Origin: Toensbergia leucococca
Taxonomy: Eukaryota
DNA: 38,601 nt
NCBI GenBank assembly: GCA_022813965.1
Contig: JALDZS010000210.1
Coordinates: 1 to 38,601, forward strand
Reading direction: 5' to 3'
The notes under the pieces were generated by a model. It was not told where the DNA came from. It saw nothing but the letters and a program-made list of their open reading frames with translations, and did no database searches. Made by a program: the position numbers and the translations under genes. Positions 1-11,763 of this stretch are shown piece after piece (positions within the stretch are counted from its first letter, which is position 1; each line of letters begins with the position of its first letter).

Positions 1-3
1 TCT

Positions 4-2168
4 ATGGCAATAGAAAGAAGACGCCAATCTCTCTCCGAAGATGATCAAGATGCGACTCTTCGGCCACTCCAAGGATTGGAGTCATCGGGCGCTAGAGTAA
101 TTCCTGCTGAGCAGAAATCTGATAGGATAGGGCAGAAAGACAAGCCTTCGGAGTCGTCGCAGGAAGATATTTTCCTGAATTTAGCAAGGGCCGATACTAC
201 AGCTCAAAATGCGGCAGATACAAAGCAGTTTGTCCGCAACGGAAAAGGCCCTGTAAGTAGGAATTGTCTCTAAAGGTGCATTATATGTGCATATTCATGT
301 TATCTCATTGCGACAGAGGAATTTCTCAGCCTCATCGGAATCCCTCGAGCACATCATGTCAAGATTCTCTTCCAATCAGTGAAGTCCGAAGTTATCGATT
401 TTGATTTTCTACTTATTTGAAAGCATGAATTCGTTACTAATGACGCTCTGAAATGTGATAGTCTCCAGACCAACCTTCAAGCCCTCGACAGTCAATATCA
501 CGTTCTTCATTTGGCCCGGCTTTGTCTAGTGAAAGGAATCCTGCAGAATCCCGCACCCCATCAACTCGAGACCATGTATCACCACACTGGGCGCGGCCGG
601 ACCAGTCCTGGTATGCAGACCCACCAACATCAAGCCGATACCAGTCAGCTAGAAATCGGCCCTATGCTGCCTCGGCACATCCGCTCGACCAGAGGAATAA
701 AATCCATCAATTCGGTCTGACCCCCAAAGCATCATTGCTCTCTTCACGAAAACGGAGTGGTTCCAATAGAGAGGCATCTCCAGAGTCCCCGTTAGCTCAT
801 CTACAAAGACAATCTATTCCCGAGTCGAGTTTAGGACTTCCGGTGCGCGCATACAGACAATCTAATTTGTCCCATGCGGCGCCGAATGGACGGTATAACT
901 CTTCGTCCCTTGCAGATCATTCAAACTCTGCCCCTCAAGATGAATCAACACCAGAAACGCCTCGCGCAGGAGGTACTGAATCCACCATTTCTACTACAGC
1001 GCCATCCACTGTATGGGATGAGCTCGATGATCTCAAATCGAGGATACATAAGCTCGAGCTAACTGGTAAGCTTCCTCCATCGTCAGGTGCAGCAATCTCG
1101 AATGCGGTCGGTGAACGACCGCACACTGCGACAACCACCACTACAACAGTATCGTCGTCGCCCAAGAATGATCAAGGCCACCGTATCTCTTCGAAAGCTA
1201 CCAACTTGGGAGGACCCGATACTACCGACATACACCCACTTTTACATTCGGCTCTTGCGAAGTCGAGATCTTTGATCAATGCTAGACTGTACAGGGCACT
1301 AGAAGGAACAGCGTCTGATGCGCTTACATTGGCAGCGATGACAGGTAACTCAGGTTCACAAGCGACGCCGCAGGGTACCGTCGATCGACAGCTTCGCCGT
1401 AAGGCAGACAGCATGTGTCGAAGCTTGACAGAATTATGTATTGCATTGACAGCCCCTCAGTCACAGTCCGAGGCTTCACCCAACACTGCTCGACCTGGCA
1501 GTAGGGACACAAGTGTAATCCGCCAGCAGCGAGATAACAGCGTTGAAGAGCCAAGGTTTCTACGCGGCTCAAGTCAGGAACCAGATTCGAGATCAAGCTC
1601 CAGCATCCTGGATCGGCTCGAAGCCCGGCGCACGAGCATGCTAGCTTTCAACGCGGCCCACACCCCAAGAGCATCCTCGCAAGACGTCGAATCGCCCGAC
1701 AACAAATCTTTTCCCAATACAACAAGCAGATTGGGCAGAAGCTCCACGGTTCTTCAACGAAAACGACACGCGGACGATGACGAGATCCTTTCTAACCCCA
1801 CCAGGCCTCTCTCCAGAGCCAATACTGAAGTGAACCAACATTTCCGTTCCTCCCCGCGCGATCGCGTCTCTAGAGAATACACGTCCCAATACCCGCTCCC
1901 GAGCCCTATGCAGCAACAACGCTCCCCCTCCATCCAATCATCTATACCCTCACGAAGAAGCTATTTTTCCTTATCTTCTGCACAGTCGCCCTCTACTCCG
2001 AACATCCAAGCTGGTAATCGAAGATATCTGGACCGCTCGACGCCCAATTCGATGGATAGGGCGAGCTTGGCTGAGGCGAGGCAGAGGCGGATTGCGAGTC
2101 TAGGGCAGTATGGGTTGGGGGGGCAGGGAAGCAAGTCGAGGAGGGTGGAGGGCGAGGTGGGATTGTGA
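4..2168 (+). CDS. Conserved fungal disordered Ser/Arg/Pro-rich protein with short coiled-coil motifs; join(4..252,462..2168), about 651 aa (may start upstream of the window)
   Basis: ORF 4..252 ends at a GTAAGT donor (253). Branch TACTAAT (435-441) and TAG acceptor (459-461) join it in phase 0 to the 522..2168 frame. Conserved-looking blocks are STVWDELDDLKSRIHKLELTGKLP and RRKADSMCRSLTELCIAL. The frame is open to base 1, so the N-terminus may be incomplete. Confidence 0.8.
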
Positions 2169-2681
2169 GGCTGGTGTGTGTCTTGAGTAAGCATGGAGTA
2201 GATGCGACGTCTTGACCTCAACAACAGAAGACTTGTGAGGGAAGTTTCTTCTTCAGATTCTTTTTTTGAACAGTATATAGTTTTCATGGATTGGGCAGAT
2301 ACGGGTCAGGCGTTTCTTTTTGGGTCGCAGTTGTCTACGGGCTTCTTTTCTTTCCTCTCTCCCACAAAAGATTCACCTTGGGGGGGTGGGAGGTGGTTTT
2401 GTTTTGGAAAATCGAACGTGATGACATGTACCTATGCCGAGGGCGCTGTTTGCAGCGGTTCGAGCAACAGTGGGGTCTTGTTAGAGAAGCTGCTTCTCGT
2501 CCACTGTTCGCCGACGACACTTTTGCTGTCCATCTCCTCATGCCCCCGGCCATCTAGCAACACGACTCATCCCATCCTCCGTATTGACTTTTCTCCTTCC
2601 CCCAAATCCCCCACCCCCCCTTTCTTTCCTCCCTCTTTCCCAAATCAATAATCCCCATCCTCCATGAATCTCCTTCTTTAC

Positions 2682-3993
2682 TTACTTCCCCTCCTGCCCC
2701 CACCCAGGCCTCCAAACCACCTCCCCGATCCCGCGCTTCTCCACCCGATCCACCCACTCCAAGCCCACCATCCCTCGCTCGTCGCCCTCGGTCAACAGGA
2801 CCCCGTTGGCGCTGCGCCACCATTTCAGGCTGCCCGAGAGGGCGCTTTGGCGGAGCTGCACCCAGATTAGGATCTGGGCGCTGGGGCGGAGACCGGAGAT
2901 TACTTTCTCTGATTCTGCGGGGGTTGGGACTGGAGCTGTTGATGTTGTTGTGGTGGTGGTGGTGGTTGTGGTGGTTTCGGAGGAATTTCTTTGGAGATTT
3001 TTTTTTTCCGATGGAGAAGGAGGTAAGCCGGCTGCGAAATGAACGTGTGTGCGTCCCATGGGCTTTAGACCCCCGCTTGCGAGAATCAGACGCCAGGCTT
3101 TGGGGGTGGTGCCGTGGACGGCGAGGGCGGGGAGGGCGTCATCATTGGGGGGGTGGGGGAGGAGGGGGGTTAGGAGGTTTTGGGAGAGGATGGGGAGGGA
3201 GTGGCCTTGGGAGGCGCGGATGAGGTGGTGGGTTGGGTTTGTGGGGGAGTAGGGTTGTTGTTCTTGTTGTTGTTCTTGCGGGGCGGTGGTGGTAGTGGTG
3301 GTGGTTGGGTTGTCGTTGTCTGGAGTGGTGGGGGAGTGGGGAGGGAGAATGGAGGGGTTTGGGATTAGGGTGAAGCGCTGTTTGTCGTTTTGGAGGACCA
3401 GGGTGCGGAGTTCGGGGAAGGTGAGGTTTTGGGCGGTTAGTTTTTGCCAGGAGAGCTGGGGGAGCGTACGTGTTAGTTATTTTTGAGAGAGAGATAGAGA
3501 GGTGAGGGGGGAGGAGAGGGAGTTTCTGGGGGGGGGTTTGGAATCTCTTTCTCTTTTTTTTGCTTCCTTTCGGTTTGTTTTCTTGGGTGGGAGGGTGATG
3601 CGTGAATCGAGGAGACTTTAATTGTTGCATTTCGCAAAAAACAGCGCCCATCTCCAAAGCAGAACAAGAACACACCCTCATCAACATGACAAAAAGGCCA
3701 CCAGCAACCCCCCCCCCCAAATCAAAAAACTTCAATTCTCTCTTTTCCCCCACCCGCTCGTCTCCCCCCCTTCTTTCCTCGGAAAAAAAAAGGAAAACGG
3801 GAAAAATATGACTCACCAACTCCCCCACATTAGCATACCCATTCTCATCCAGCTTCAGGCCTTCCTTCTCGGCCCCGTGCCGCAGTACCCAGCTCATGGC
3901 TTTGGAAATGGTCACTTCGCGGCTCGGGAGCGGACGTGTGGTGCTGCCTTTGCTGCTGCTGGTGCTGCTGCCACCGCCGGCGCGGCGGGTCAT
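2682..3993 (-). CDS. TPT1: tRNA 2'-phosphotransferase (Tpt1/KptA family); complement(join(2682..3455,3817..3993)), about 316 aa
   Basis: Motifs SKAMSWVLRHGA, NDKQRF, IRASQGHS, VHGT, GGLKPMGRTHVHFA, VISGLR and WWRSANGVLLTEG. The 361-nt intron has GTGAGT (3816), branch ACTAAC and CAG (3456), and restores one continuous frame. Confidence 0.95.
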
Positions 3994-4336
3994 GGTTTTG
4001 GGTATGAGGGTGAGGAAGGAGTGGGGGAGGGGCAAGCAAGGGCGGGGAAGGGGAGGAATTTTGAGGGGTTGGGATGGGGGGGCTTGGGGAGTGTGGAAGG
4101 AAGAAGAAGTTGGGTTTGGAAGGTGGGACGTGTGTTGTGGATGAATTGGATTGGCAAGGTAGGAGGGTTTTTAGGTTCTTGGGGGGTTGAGATTGGTGTA
4201 GCTGTGTTAGGTGAGTCACTGGACGCAATTTCATATTTTTGGTTGTTTCGATTACATCTCCTGTCATCATCTTTAACATCACTTCTACGTCCTTGATTTA
4301 ATTCGTAAAACAAGTATACAAAGGTGTCAACCCAGA

Positions 4337-5508
4337 TCATGACATATTCTTCAATGCGGCATGGATCTTCTCACTAAACCCCTTAATCTCCCCTTCGTGG
4401 TACTCTTTCATCATCAGACCAGCATCAATACCCTCGGCATCATCCCTCAAATCAAAAGTCTGCGTGGCAGCAACGCAGAGCGCTCGTCCTGCCGCCATGA
4501 ATCAAGTCAGCAATAATCAAATCAACGTCTACCCATCTTGAGATTTAGCTTGGGAAAAACTCCTCACCAGATATCGAGTCATCCGCAGCACATCGAATTA
4601 TAGCCTCAGTTACACTATCGGGATTTCCCACCAGAAGACCTTGCTCTTTGCATTTCCCGACTAGCCATGTCGACATCGGGGTGTCCATGACCCAGGGAGC
4701 AATCATGTTAACTCGGATGCCTTTTTGTGCTAGCGGTTCTCTGATACTCCTGAAGATGCCTCTCACAGCCCATTTGGTAGCGTTGTAGTCGGCTACAAAA
4801 GGAACTTCCAGGTAGCCGGCCACCGAACCCATTAGAATAAGTGCCTTGCTGTCAGGCGATGCTTGGGGTGAATTGGAAGGAATACGGAAGTAGTAATGTG
4901 CCAGCTTTGCAGTAAAGAAAAGACCGGTGAGATTGACGTCTATGGTATCCGTTGTCGGTTGCTTGGGATCTTTCTCAAGGGATGGTGGCTCTTCGCTGGA
5001 GTTCTTGAACGCATTTCCCCGGAGACCGGCACCAGCAACAACAATGTCAATGCTTTCACCGGACTGCGAATGGGCTATCGCGGCTTTGAATGCTTTGACT
5101 TGAGATTCCCAGGATGTTACATCTGTGCACACAAAAGTGACGCTGTCGTGGATTAGGCATGATGTTTGGAAAATAAATACATGGTGCTGTTGAATGGTTA
5201 TATTGATGAAAACAGAGACGTACTGATATCCTTGATGCTGTAAGTCTTCTGCATACTTCTGTCCTTGCTCCTTTTGAATGTCTGCAATCGTTATTCGAGC
5301 GCTGTATAATGTTAGATATATGAGTCGCTTGCGAAGACAAATTCTTCTCAGCACACCCCAACTCGCCAAACTTCTTCGCAATAAGAGCACCTAAGCCCGA
5401 AGCTCCGCCAGTGATAAGCACACTTCTGTCCTTTACAGTTGAGTAGTCGAGATCCTTGGCAAAGTCAACCTTTCCTACGGTGGCGGATAATTGGAGAGGA
5501 TGTGCCAT
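4337..5508 (-). CDS. Short-chain dehydrogenase/reductase (classical SDR); complement(join(4337..4488,4568..5142,5224..5301,5357..5508)), about 318 aa
   Basis: Rossmann motif ITGGASGLG, DVNLTG, catalytic Ser region GSVAGY and YxxxK (YNATK), and IRVNMIAP. Three GT-AG introns (5302-5356, 5143-5223, 4489-4567) give a 957-nt CDS. Confidence 0.9.
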
Positions 5509-6416
5509 TATCGGTGTATGGCTCAAGAAATTAAGATGGTAGCCTGGGGTGTTTTAAGTTGATGTCGAGGCAAAGAGGAGAAATTGAGGTTCCAACGAGA
5601 TTACTATGAATTGGCTGAAAATCAAGATGACCGGATGTCCACTGTAACAGGCCTGCGAAGGATTTGGTTCCAGCACAGGCTGATTTAGCGAAAGGTGGGG
5701 AGAGACACGGGAGCGAATCACTAGAGGTAGAAGACGAAAGTATATCGCGATTGATTATTGATCCTGTACATGCCTAGACAAAGGTACGCTTTTGTTCTTC
5801 GTCTCACTTCTCCTTTTGATCTTCCTACTACCCCTCGAGCTTCATCAGACCTCATCAGACTTTTCCCACGGCTAACTCTTATTAATTTTGCAACCTTTCA
5901 ATTTCCTGCAGAAGTCCATTAAGAAGCCCTTCCCCAGCAGCCTCTCGTCAAATTTAGGACAAAAGCCATGTAATCCCTTTTTGAGTGGTTCATCGAAACC
6001 CCAGGGCCCGTATACTTTCATTCCATCGCTTTCTCGAATCCTTGAGTGTTATCTCCTTGCTGATGAGTAGGATCGAACATGACATCTTCCAGCCAAGAAA
6101 AGCGTCGACAAGGGCTTTAGTGGGCGCTTCCTGTGATGTTGCTTCCCAATCAACATGTTGTGGTTCGAGAGGGAGCTAGGAGTAAATGTCTAACGGCGCT
6201 GCTGATTCGTCTCTTCCCAAAAGCATTTCCGCAGTCATGTCTAATAGTACCAAAGGAGCCATATCAATCACCGGATTATTGTGTTCGATTAAAGGAAGGT
6301 GGACAACAGGGTTAGAGAGTAGATGCGAAGTTCCAGGAAATAGAGAATTTTAGAGTGGACTCGCTGGGATCTCAATGAAGTCTTGGTTGATGTCCTTATC
6401 ATCCCATCCAAGATGT

Positions 6417-7276
6417 TCATTCCTCAAAGAATCCATCATCGCTCATCATTTCCGCTTCTTCAGCCAATTCGGGCTTTGCAGTTGACGTTATTGCACCTTT
6501 CCTAGCCTTGACTTTCTGTGACCTGACTGTGGAGACTGGCTTTGGCCCTGCAACTTTCGAGTTCCTACCGAGTTTCCCATCTCGCAAAGCCTCTAATGTC
6601 CCTTCTCTCATGCAAGATTCCACCATAGTCCACAGCGGCACTTTGGGTCTATCGTTGTTTCTTTCGCCCATGTCTCCAATTTCAGATTTGATCTCTGATC
6701 CTTGACCTTCAGAACGGGGATAGAGGCTCTGATATTTCTCGTTGAGAGGGTAGTACAAGGAGTAATTTAGATCAACCTCTGCATCATGAATATTTTTCTG
6801 GAGGTCACCGTATTCTGGAGTATCAGCTGTAGTCTTGGAAAGGCGACTTTTGAGCTTCTTCAGGTTGCGCGTAGCTTTTTGACGCTCTTGAAACCCGATG
6901 ATTAGCAAACAGATTTTGTCCAAGGCGAAATATCAATTTGGTGGAGTATCAGCGTACCGAAGAATCGGACCATGTGGTACTTTTTGATCATCTGTTGCTT
7001 CCGCTTTTCTTCATTGGCCTTTTCCAGGTCCTGCCTGTAGCCAGTTAAGGCTCTCTCTTTCTCTATTCGAACACCTGGTGGAAGTTCTCCAGGACGCTCG
7101 AGAAGGCGCACTAGGTTACGGATCTTGCCCTTTATTGGGTTTATTGATGTTGAGCTGGTGAAGGTCTGGACTGGATTGGAAAGTTTTTGGCGGAAAGGTT
7201 TGGCTGGCTGGTGGTTGACTTGTCGCGATGGATGTATGTTGTCCGCATGGTGAGTACGAGGGCGTTTTGTGCCCAT
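6417..7276 (-). CDS. EFG1: rRNA-processing protein Efg1; complement(join(6417..6886,6958..7276)), about 262 aa
   Basis: Signature IKGKIRNLVRLL...RIEKERAL...KYHMVRFF|ERQKATR...VDLNYSLYYPLNEKYQSLYP and C-terminal DDGFFE. The 71-nt intron is GTACGC...GCTAAT...AAG. Confidence 0.92.
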
Positions 7277-7443
7277 TTTTGTAAGTTTAAGCCAGAGCTG
7301 GCATAATCTCAGGAGTAGCACAGAGAAAGATGTTGAATGGCAGAGTCCTCGAGTGAACCTCGAAATGTCAAAGAGGGTTAAATATAGCCTTACGGTAAGG
7401 CTGCCCACTGATTCCAGCCCCTGTCGCACTCTCACGTCTTTAT

Positions 7444-7474
<31 letters not shown>

Positions 7475-7534
7475 CGCAAGCTTGCGCTTCCAGAAGCAAG
7501 AGACATGTAGTACTGATGGCTCTCACAACACACA
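7277..7534. promoter_or_regulatory. Putative bidirectional promoter between head-to-head EFG1 and SEA4
   Basis: Only 258 bp separate the two divergent start codons (7276 and 7535). Confidence 0.55.
7444..7472. repeat. (TCA)n microsatellite, about 9.5 units
   Basis: tcatcatcatcatcatcatcatcatcatc is read directly. It explains the poly-Met and poly-Ile runs in spurious ORFs. Confidence 0.95.
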
Positions 7535-10500
7535 ATGGAGACAGCGATCCGCTGGTCCCCCAGCTCCACCACTTCCGCCCAGCGCTTTCTAATTGCCGAC
7601 GTCGTCGGCCGCACCTTCACTCACTGCAGAATCGTCAACCACAGTGGCAGAGATGTTCAATATGAAATACTCTCTACACACCGCAAAGTTCCTGCCTTTC
7701 GTGCCTTTGACTGGTCTGCCCACGACGAAGCTATTATAGCTGTTGGCCAATGGTCTGGTGAAGCGACAGTGCTTCGAATTGATGATGGATCTCAAGCACT
7801 TTCTCTGCCAATCAAGCACCAACGTCTGTGCAACGCTGTAGCCTTCAGCAAAACTGGCCTTCTAGCTACCGGGTTAGAAAGAGTGCGGAACGACTTCTGC
7901 TTAAATGTCTGGGATATTAAACAGCGCATCTCGACTGCGCCCTCTCAGAGCCCACGGACGGGGAAACAGCTTGTGGAGCCAGTGCGAAAGCTAGCAAGCT
8001 CAGAAGCGATTACGAGCATCAAGTTCTTTGGAGGACAGCCAGATAATTTGATTGCTGGGGTCAAGGGAACATGTGTCAGGATATACGATTTACGAGAGAG
8101 CATGGGAAATCCTTCAATGCAATTCCAGACTGCATGTGTACACAACATTGCCATTGATCCTCTAGATGAGAACTACTTTGCTTCTGCCGGCCCTCTGAAA
8201 GATACAACAATTCACATTTGGGACCGACGCTCTGGAACCCGCTCTACAGTAGCATCTCCCGGAGCTGGGGCTGGAAGCAATGTTCAGCATGGCCCAATCC
8301 TCGAGCTCAAGAACGTTATTGAAAGTTCGAACACTGCCGCACAGGCAAGCATCTGGAGCTTGCGCTTCTGTAAGGGCCAGCCTGGTTGCCTCGGTGTTCT
8401 TGCAAGCACTGGACAGTATCAAGTCTTTGAGACAAAGAGGGAGCACACCCCCGAAGCTCTTCCAAAAGCAAGGAATGGTACAGAACAAGTGGACATTAGC
8501 ATACATCCACAGCCGATATTCACAGATCGGATACACCATGTTGAGAAGTCAATATATGGCAATCAACCAAGCTATGACGAAACCAAGCGTATTGTTTCAT
8601 TTGACTTTACAAATCTAGCGGGATCTAGAGGGAGGCCTTGTGCCATTGTACTCCGAGGTGACCAGAGTATTGAGATTGATGAGCTCAGAGGTCCGCCCTC
8701 AGCACTTGCTACCTCTCCTCGCGGTGAATTCTTGTTCGGAAATATCAATGATGATATTGGGAATGGGTCGTCTAATATTGAGCGTGAAATTCTCAATTGC
8801 CTTGTCCATGTTGTCAAACCCCGCATGGAAGGGACGATTGCAGAGTCACTTAAAGCTACTCGTACACAAATGGCCGAGAATAAAGCAAACAAGCAGCATG
8901 GTATAGCACCGGAAAATGAATCAGTCAAGAGAAGTCAAATATCGAGTGATGAGGCGCATGAGGACTTGTATCAAATTACTTCTTTCAAGTCCAAACTTAG
9001 CATCGAAGACGCGTTAGTCTTTTCTACCGTCTTGCGTCGTAGATGTGCTGAAGGCTACCTATTTGATTGCCGCAAAAACATTGAAATTGTCGCTGACGAC
9101 ACCTGGCTTCAAGACATGTGGACCTGGATTAGTCGTAGGTCTTGGGGAAACACTCTGTTGAGCATTGAGTGGATTGTTAACAATGCCACAGGAGCTAGAG
9201 CAGATGCCGAAGACGATGGTATGGTGACCGATTCATTAGACATGAGCTATGTTGGCGTCTTTGGTATTTGGAACAATGATCTTGGTAAGCCAGCATTGTC
9301 CGACTTCTTCAAGACAACAGAGCTTTATTGACATCTCTTGAGGTCCCAATACGACTGCTCGGAGTTTGAGCCGGAATGTGTCGAAAGATGACATGTCCAA
9401 TGCTGTCGAGAGCCTTTGCAAGAGATTGCAGCTTCCAGAATTTGGCGCGTGCGAGACTGCATTTCCCATGCACCGCCAACTGTGCCTACACACTTGCGGC
9501 CTTGGTCTACCGTACCAACAGCTCGAAGACACAGTCAAAGACCTTGTGAGCAAAGGCCAAAACACTAGGGCTGCTGCCTTGGCAATTATCCACGACAATT
9601 CCAAGTTAGCCTTCCAAGCCCTAAGGAACGGAAAGGCTACCGCAGCCCACAGAGAACTCTCTTTAGCTCTCGCCGGCTATGTTAAAGGAACAACCAACGA
9701 CAACTGGGACGAAACCATCCAAGAGCTGGTGAAAGACCTCGACGATCCCTACGCCAGAGCAATCCTAGCTCTAGTAAGCTACGGCGATTGGCACGACGTC
9801 CTGGCCGAGACTTCGCTTCCGCTGAAAGACCGCCTCGGTATAGCTCTAATGTACCTCCCCGACGCCGAATTAACACATTTCATCACCACCACCACGGCCT
9901 CTGCCATCTCTCGCGGCTCTATTGAAGGCATCGTCCTGACCGGCCTCACCGAAAAAGCCCTCCCCCTCTACGAAGCCTACATCCACAAATTCGCCGACAT
10001 CCAAACCGCCGTCCTCGCCCTGTCCTTCACCTACCCCCGTTACTACAGCACCCCTTCCTCCGCCCTCTTCACCCTTTGGCGCGAAACGTACCGCGGATCC
10101 CTCAACACCCATAGGATGTTCACCCATCGCGTCCACTTCGACATCCAATCCACCAAAGTCTCCACACCCCTACACTCCCAAAAACCCACCCTTCCTCCGG
10201 ACCCCCGCCAGATAACCCTCCGCTGCGACTTCTGCGACCAATCCCTCGATCGCAATCCAAGTCACTCAACACCCCCCCAACCGACAACCACAACCCCAAT
10301 CCCGTCATCCACCCACTCGGGCTCCATTTTCAGCGATGCCAAATCCGGCACCGTTTGCCCCAAATGTGCCCGTCACATGCCCCGCTGCGCCATCTGCATG
10401 CTCTGGGTCGGTAAACCGGACCCGCACACCCGCGGCGGGGCTGCTACGGCGGCGGCGAAAAAATCAGATCCCATGGCTGCGTTTGTGAGTGTTTGTCAGA

Positions 10501-10607
10501 GGTGCTGGCATGTTTTCCATGGGGACTGTGCGGAGAATTGGTTCTTGGGGAGGGAGGGGTGTGCGGTACCGGATTGTGAGTGTCGGTGTGCGAGGTTGGA
10601 TGGGTGA
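7535..10607 (+). CDS. SEA4: SEACAT/GATOR2 subunit Sea4/MIOS (N-terminal WD40, alpha-solenoid, C-terminal Zn-binding domain); join(7535..9134,9192..9284,9343..10607), about 985 aa
   Basis: LATGLERVRNDFCLNVWDI WD motif, LDDPYARAIL, GSIEGIVLTGL, DIQTAVLALS, and C-terminal CDFC...CPKC...PRCAICM...CQRCWHVFHGDCAENWF...CAVPDCECRC. Introns 9135-9191 and 9285-9342 give a 2958-nt CDS. Confidence 0.9.
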
Positions 10608-11760
10608 TGGGTGATGAGGTTGAGATTTTTAAGGGGGGATGAGGATTTTTGTTGCTTTTTTTGTTTCTTCGTTTCGGGATTTGGTTGGGATGGTGGTGGG
10701 AGGTTTTGTTGTTGGGGGGGGGCGCCTCATGAAAGGAAATTTACTATATCGGGATCGTGGAGCTTGATTCTTGGCTGTCCTTTTTTTTTGGACCTGGTAG
10801 GTAGCATGCGAATCGCCGTTTGATGTGATATTCTTTCCTCCTTACCCTTTTATACAGATTATTTTTTTTTTAACCCGGACTCGTTGTCCGCTGAGGGACT
10901 TTTAATTTTTTTTTTAAATTGACAAAGGAAAAGAATCTCGGTTAGCTTTTTGTTTGGTGATTTTCTTCACAATTTGAGGTGATGGGATGGGATTTGCGTT
11001 TGGATTGGCATGGGATGGGATAAGGGGGGGTTTTTTCTTTTGGGGAGGGGTTTCGTTTTGCTGGAGATGTTTGAGGGGTTTTTTTGGTGGGTTTTTTTTT
11101 CTATTGGGTGTTTTTTACTGTTGGGATTTGGAAGGGGTTGGGGTTGTGGGCTTTGTGGAGTTGGGGCCGGCGGGGGGAAGGGGGGGTGGAGAGGGGGGGG
11201 ATGGGGGGAGATGGGTAAAAGGATAGGAGGAGGAGGGGGAGATGGGTAAAAGGGTGAGAGGAGGGAGAGAGAGGGGGGGGGAAATTGTTGTCAAGGATGT
11301 AACAGAGTGTGAACCGTTTTTTTGACAGAGTGGTCGAGAGTGCTGAGGTATGAGTGGATGTTTCAGATCCCCGGCGAGAAAGATTTAGGGACCTTGGGGT
11401 TTCTTTTCCGAGGCGGGGCGTGCGGAGGAAGATAGGCGAGCGAAGAAGGCGTGCCCAGATTTTTTCAAGGTATTTTTTTGGTTCGATGAAGATTTACTGT
11501 CCTTTTTCCGATTTGCGCAACAGGGGGGGCCATTTTCTTGAGCTTTTTATTTTTTGCGGGGGAAAAGATTGTTGGGGTTGGGGGGGGGGGGATTGTGTCT
11601 ATTTTGAAAACGAACGGCCCCTGGGAACATTTTCCGCTAGTGGGGCTTTTTTTCAGGGGTCTTTTTTTTTTTTTTTTTTTTTTTCAATGAGCTTGAATCA
11701 CCGTTTTTCGTTGGGATGCGGGATTGTAGGCATCGGTTGTGTGTGTGTAATGTGATGTGG
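10608..11760. repeat. G/T-rich low-complexity intergenic tract with long G and T homopolymers (G-quadruplex potential)
   Basis: Many G5-G11 and long T runs. A direct repeat gggggagatgggtaaaagg occurs at about 11204-11222 and 11235-11253. Confidence 0.8.
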
Positions 11761-11763
11761 GTA

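Noticed and set aside
317..382. Possible extra or poison exon inside the 209-nt intron of gene 1
   Set aside because: A CAG acceptor exists at 314-316 but leads to a stop after 21 codons, and I found no phase-compatible donor. Unsupported without RNA data.
3142..4035. 297-aa ORF as a full TPT1 protein
   Set aside because: It reads through the 361-nt intron and leaves the Tpt1 frame. The spliced model recovers all catalytic motifs.
10611..11755. Several Gly/Phe/Trp-rich ORFs
   Set aside because: They are by-products of G/T-rich low-complexity DNA that is poor in stop codons.
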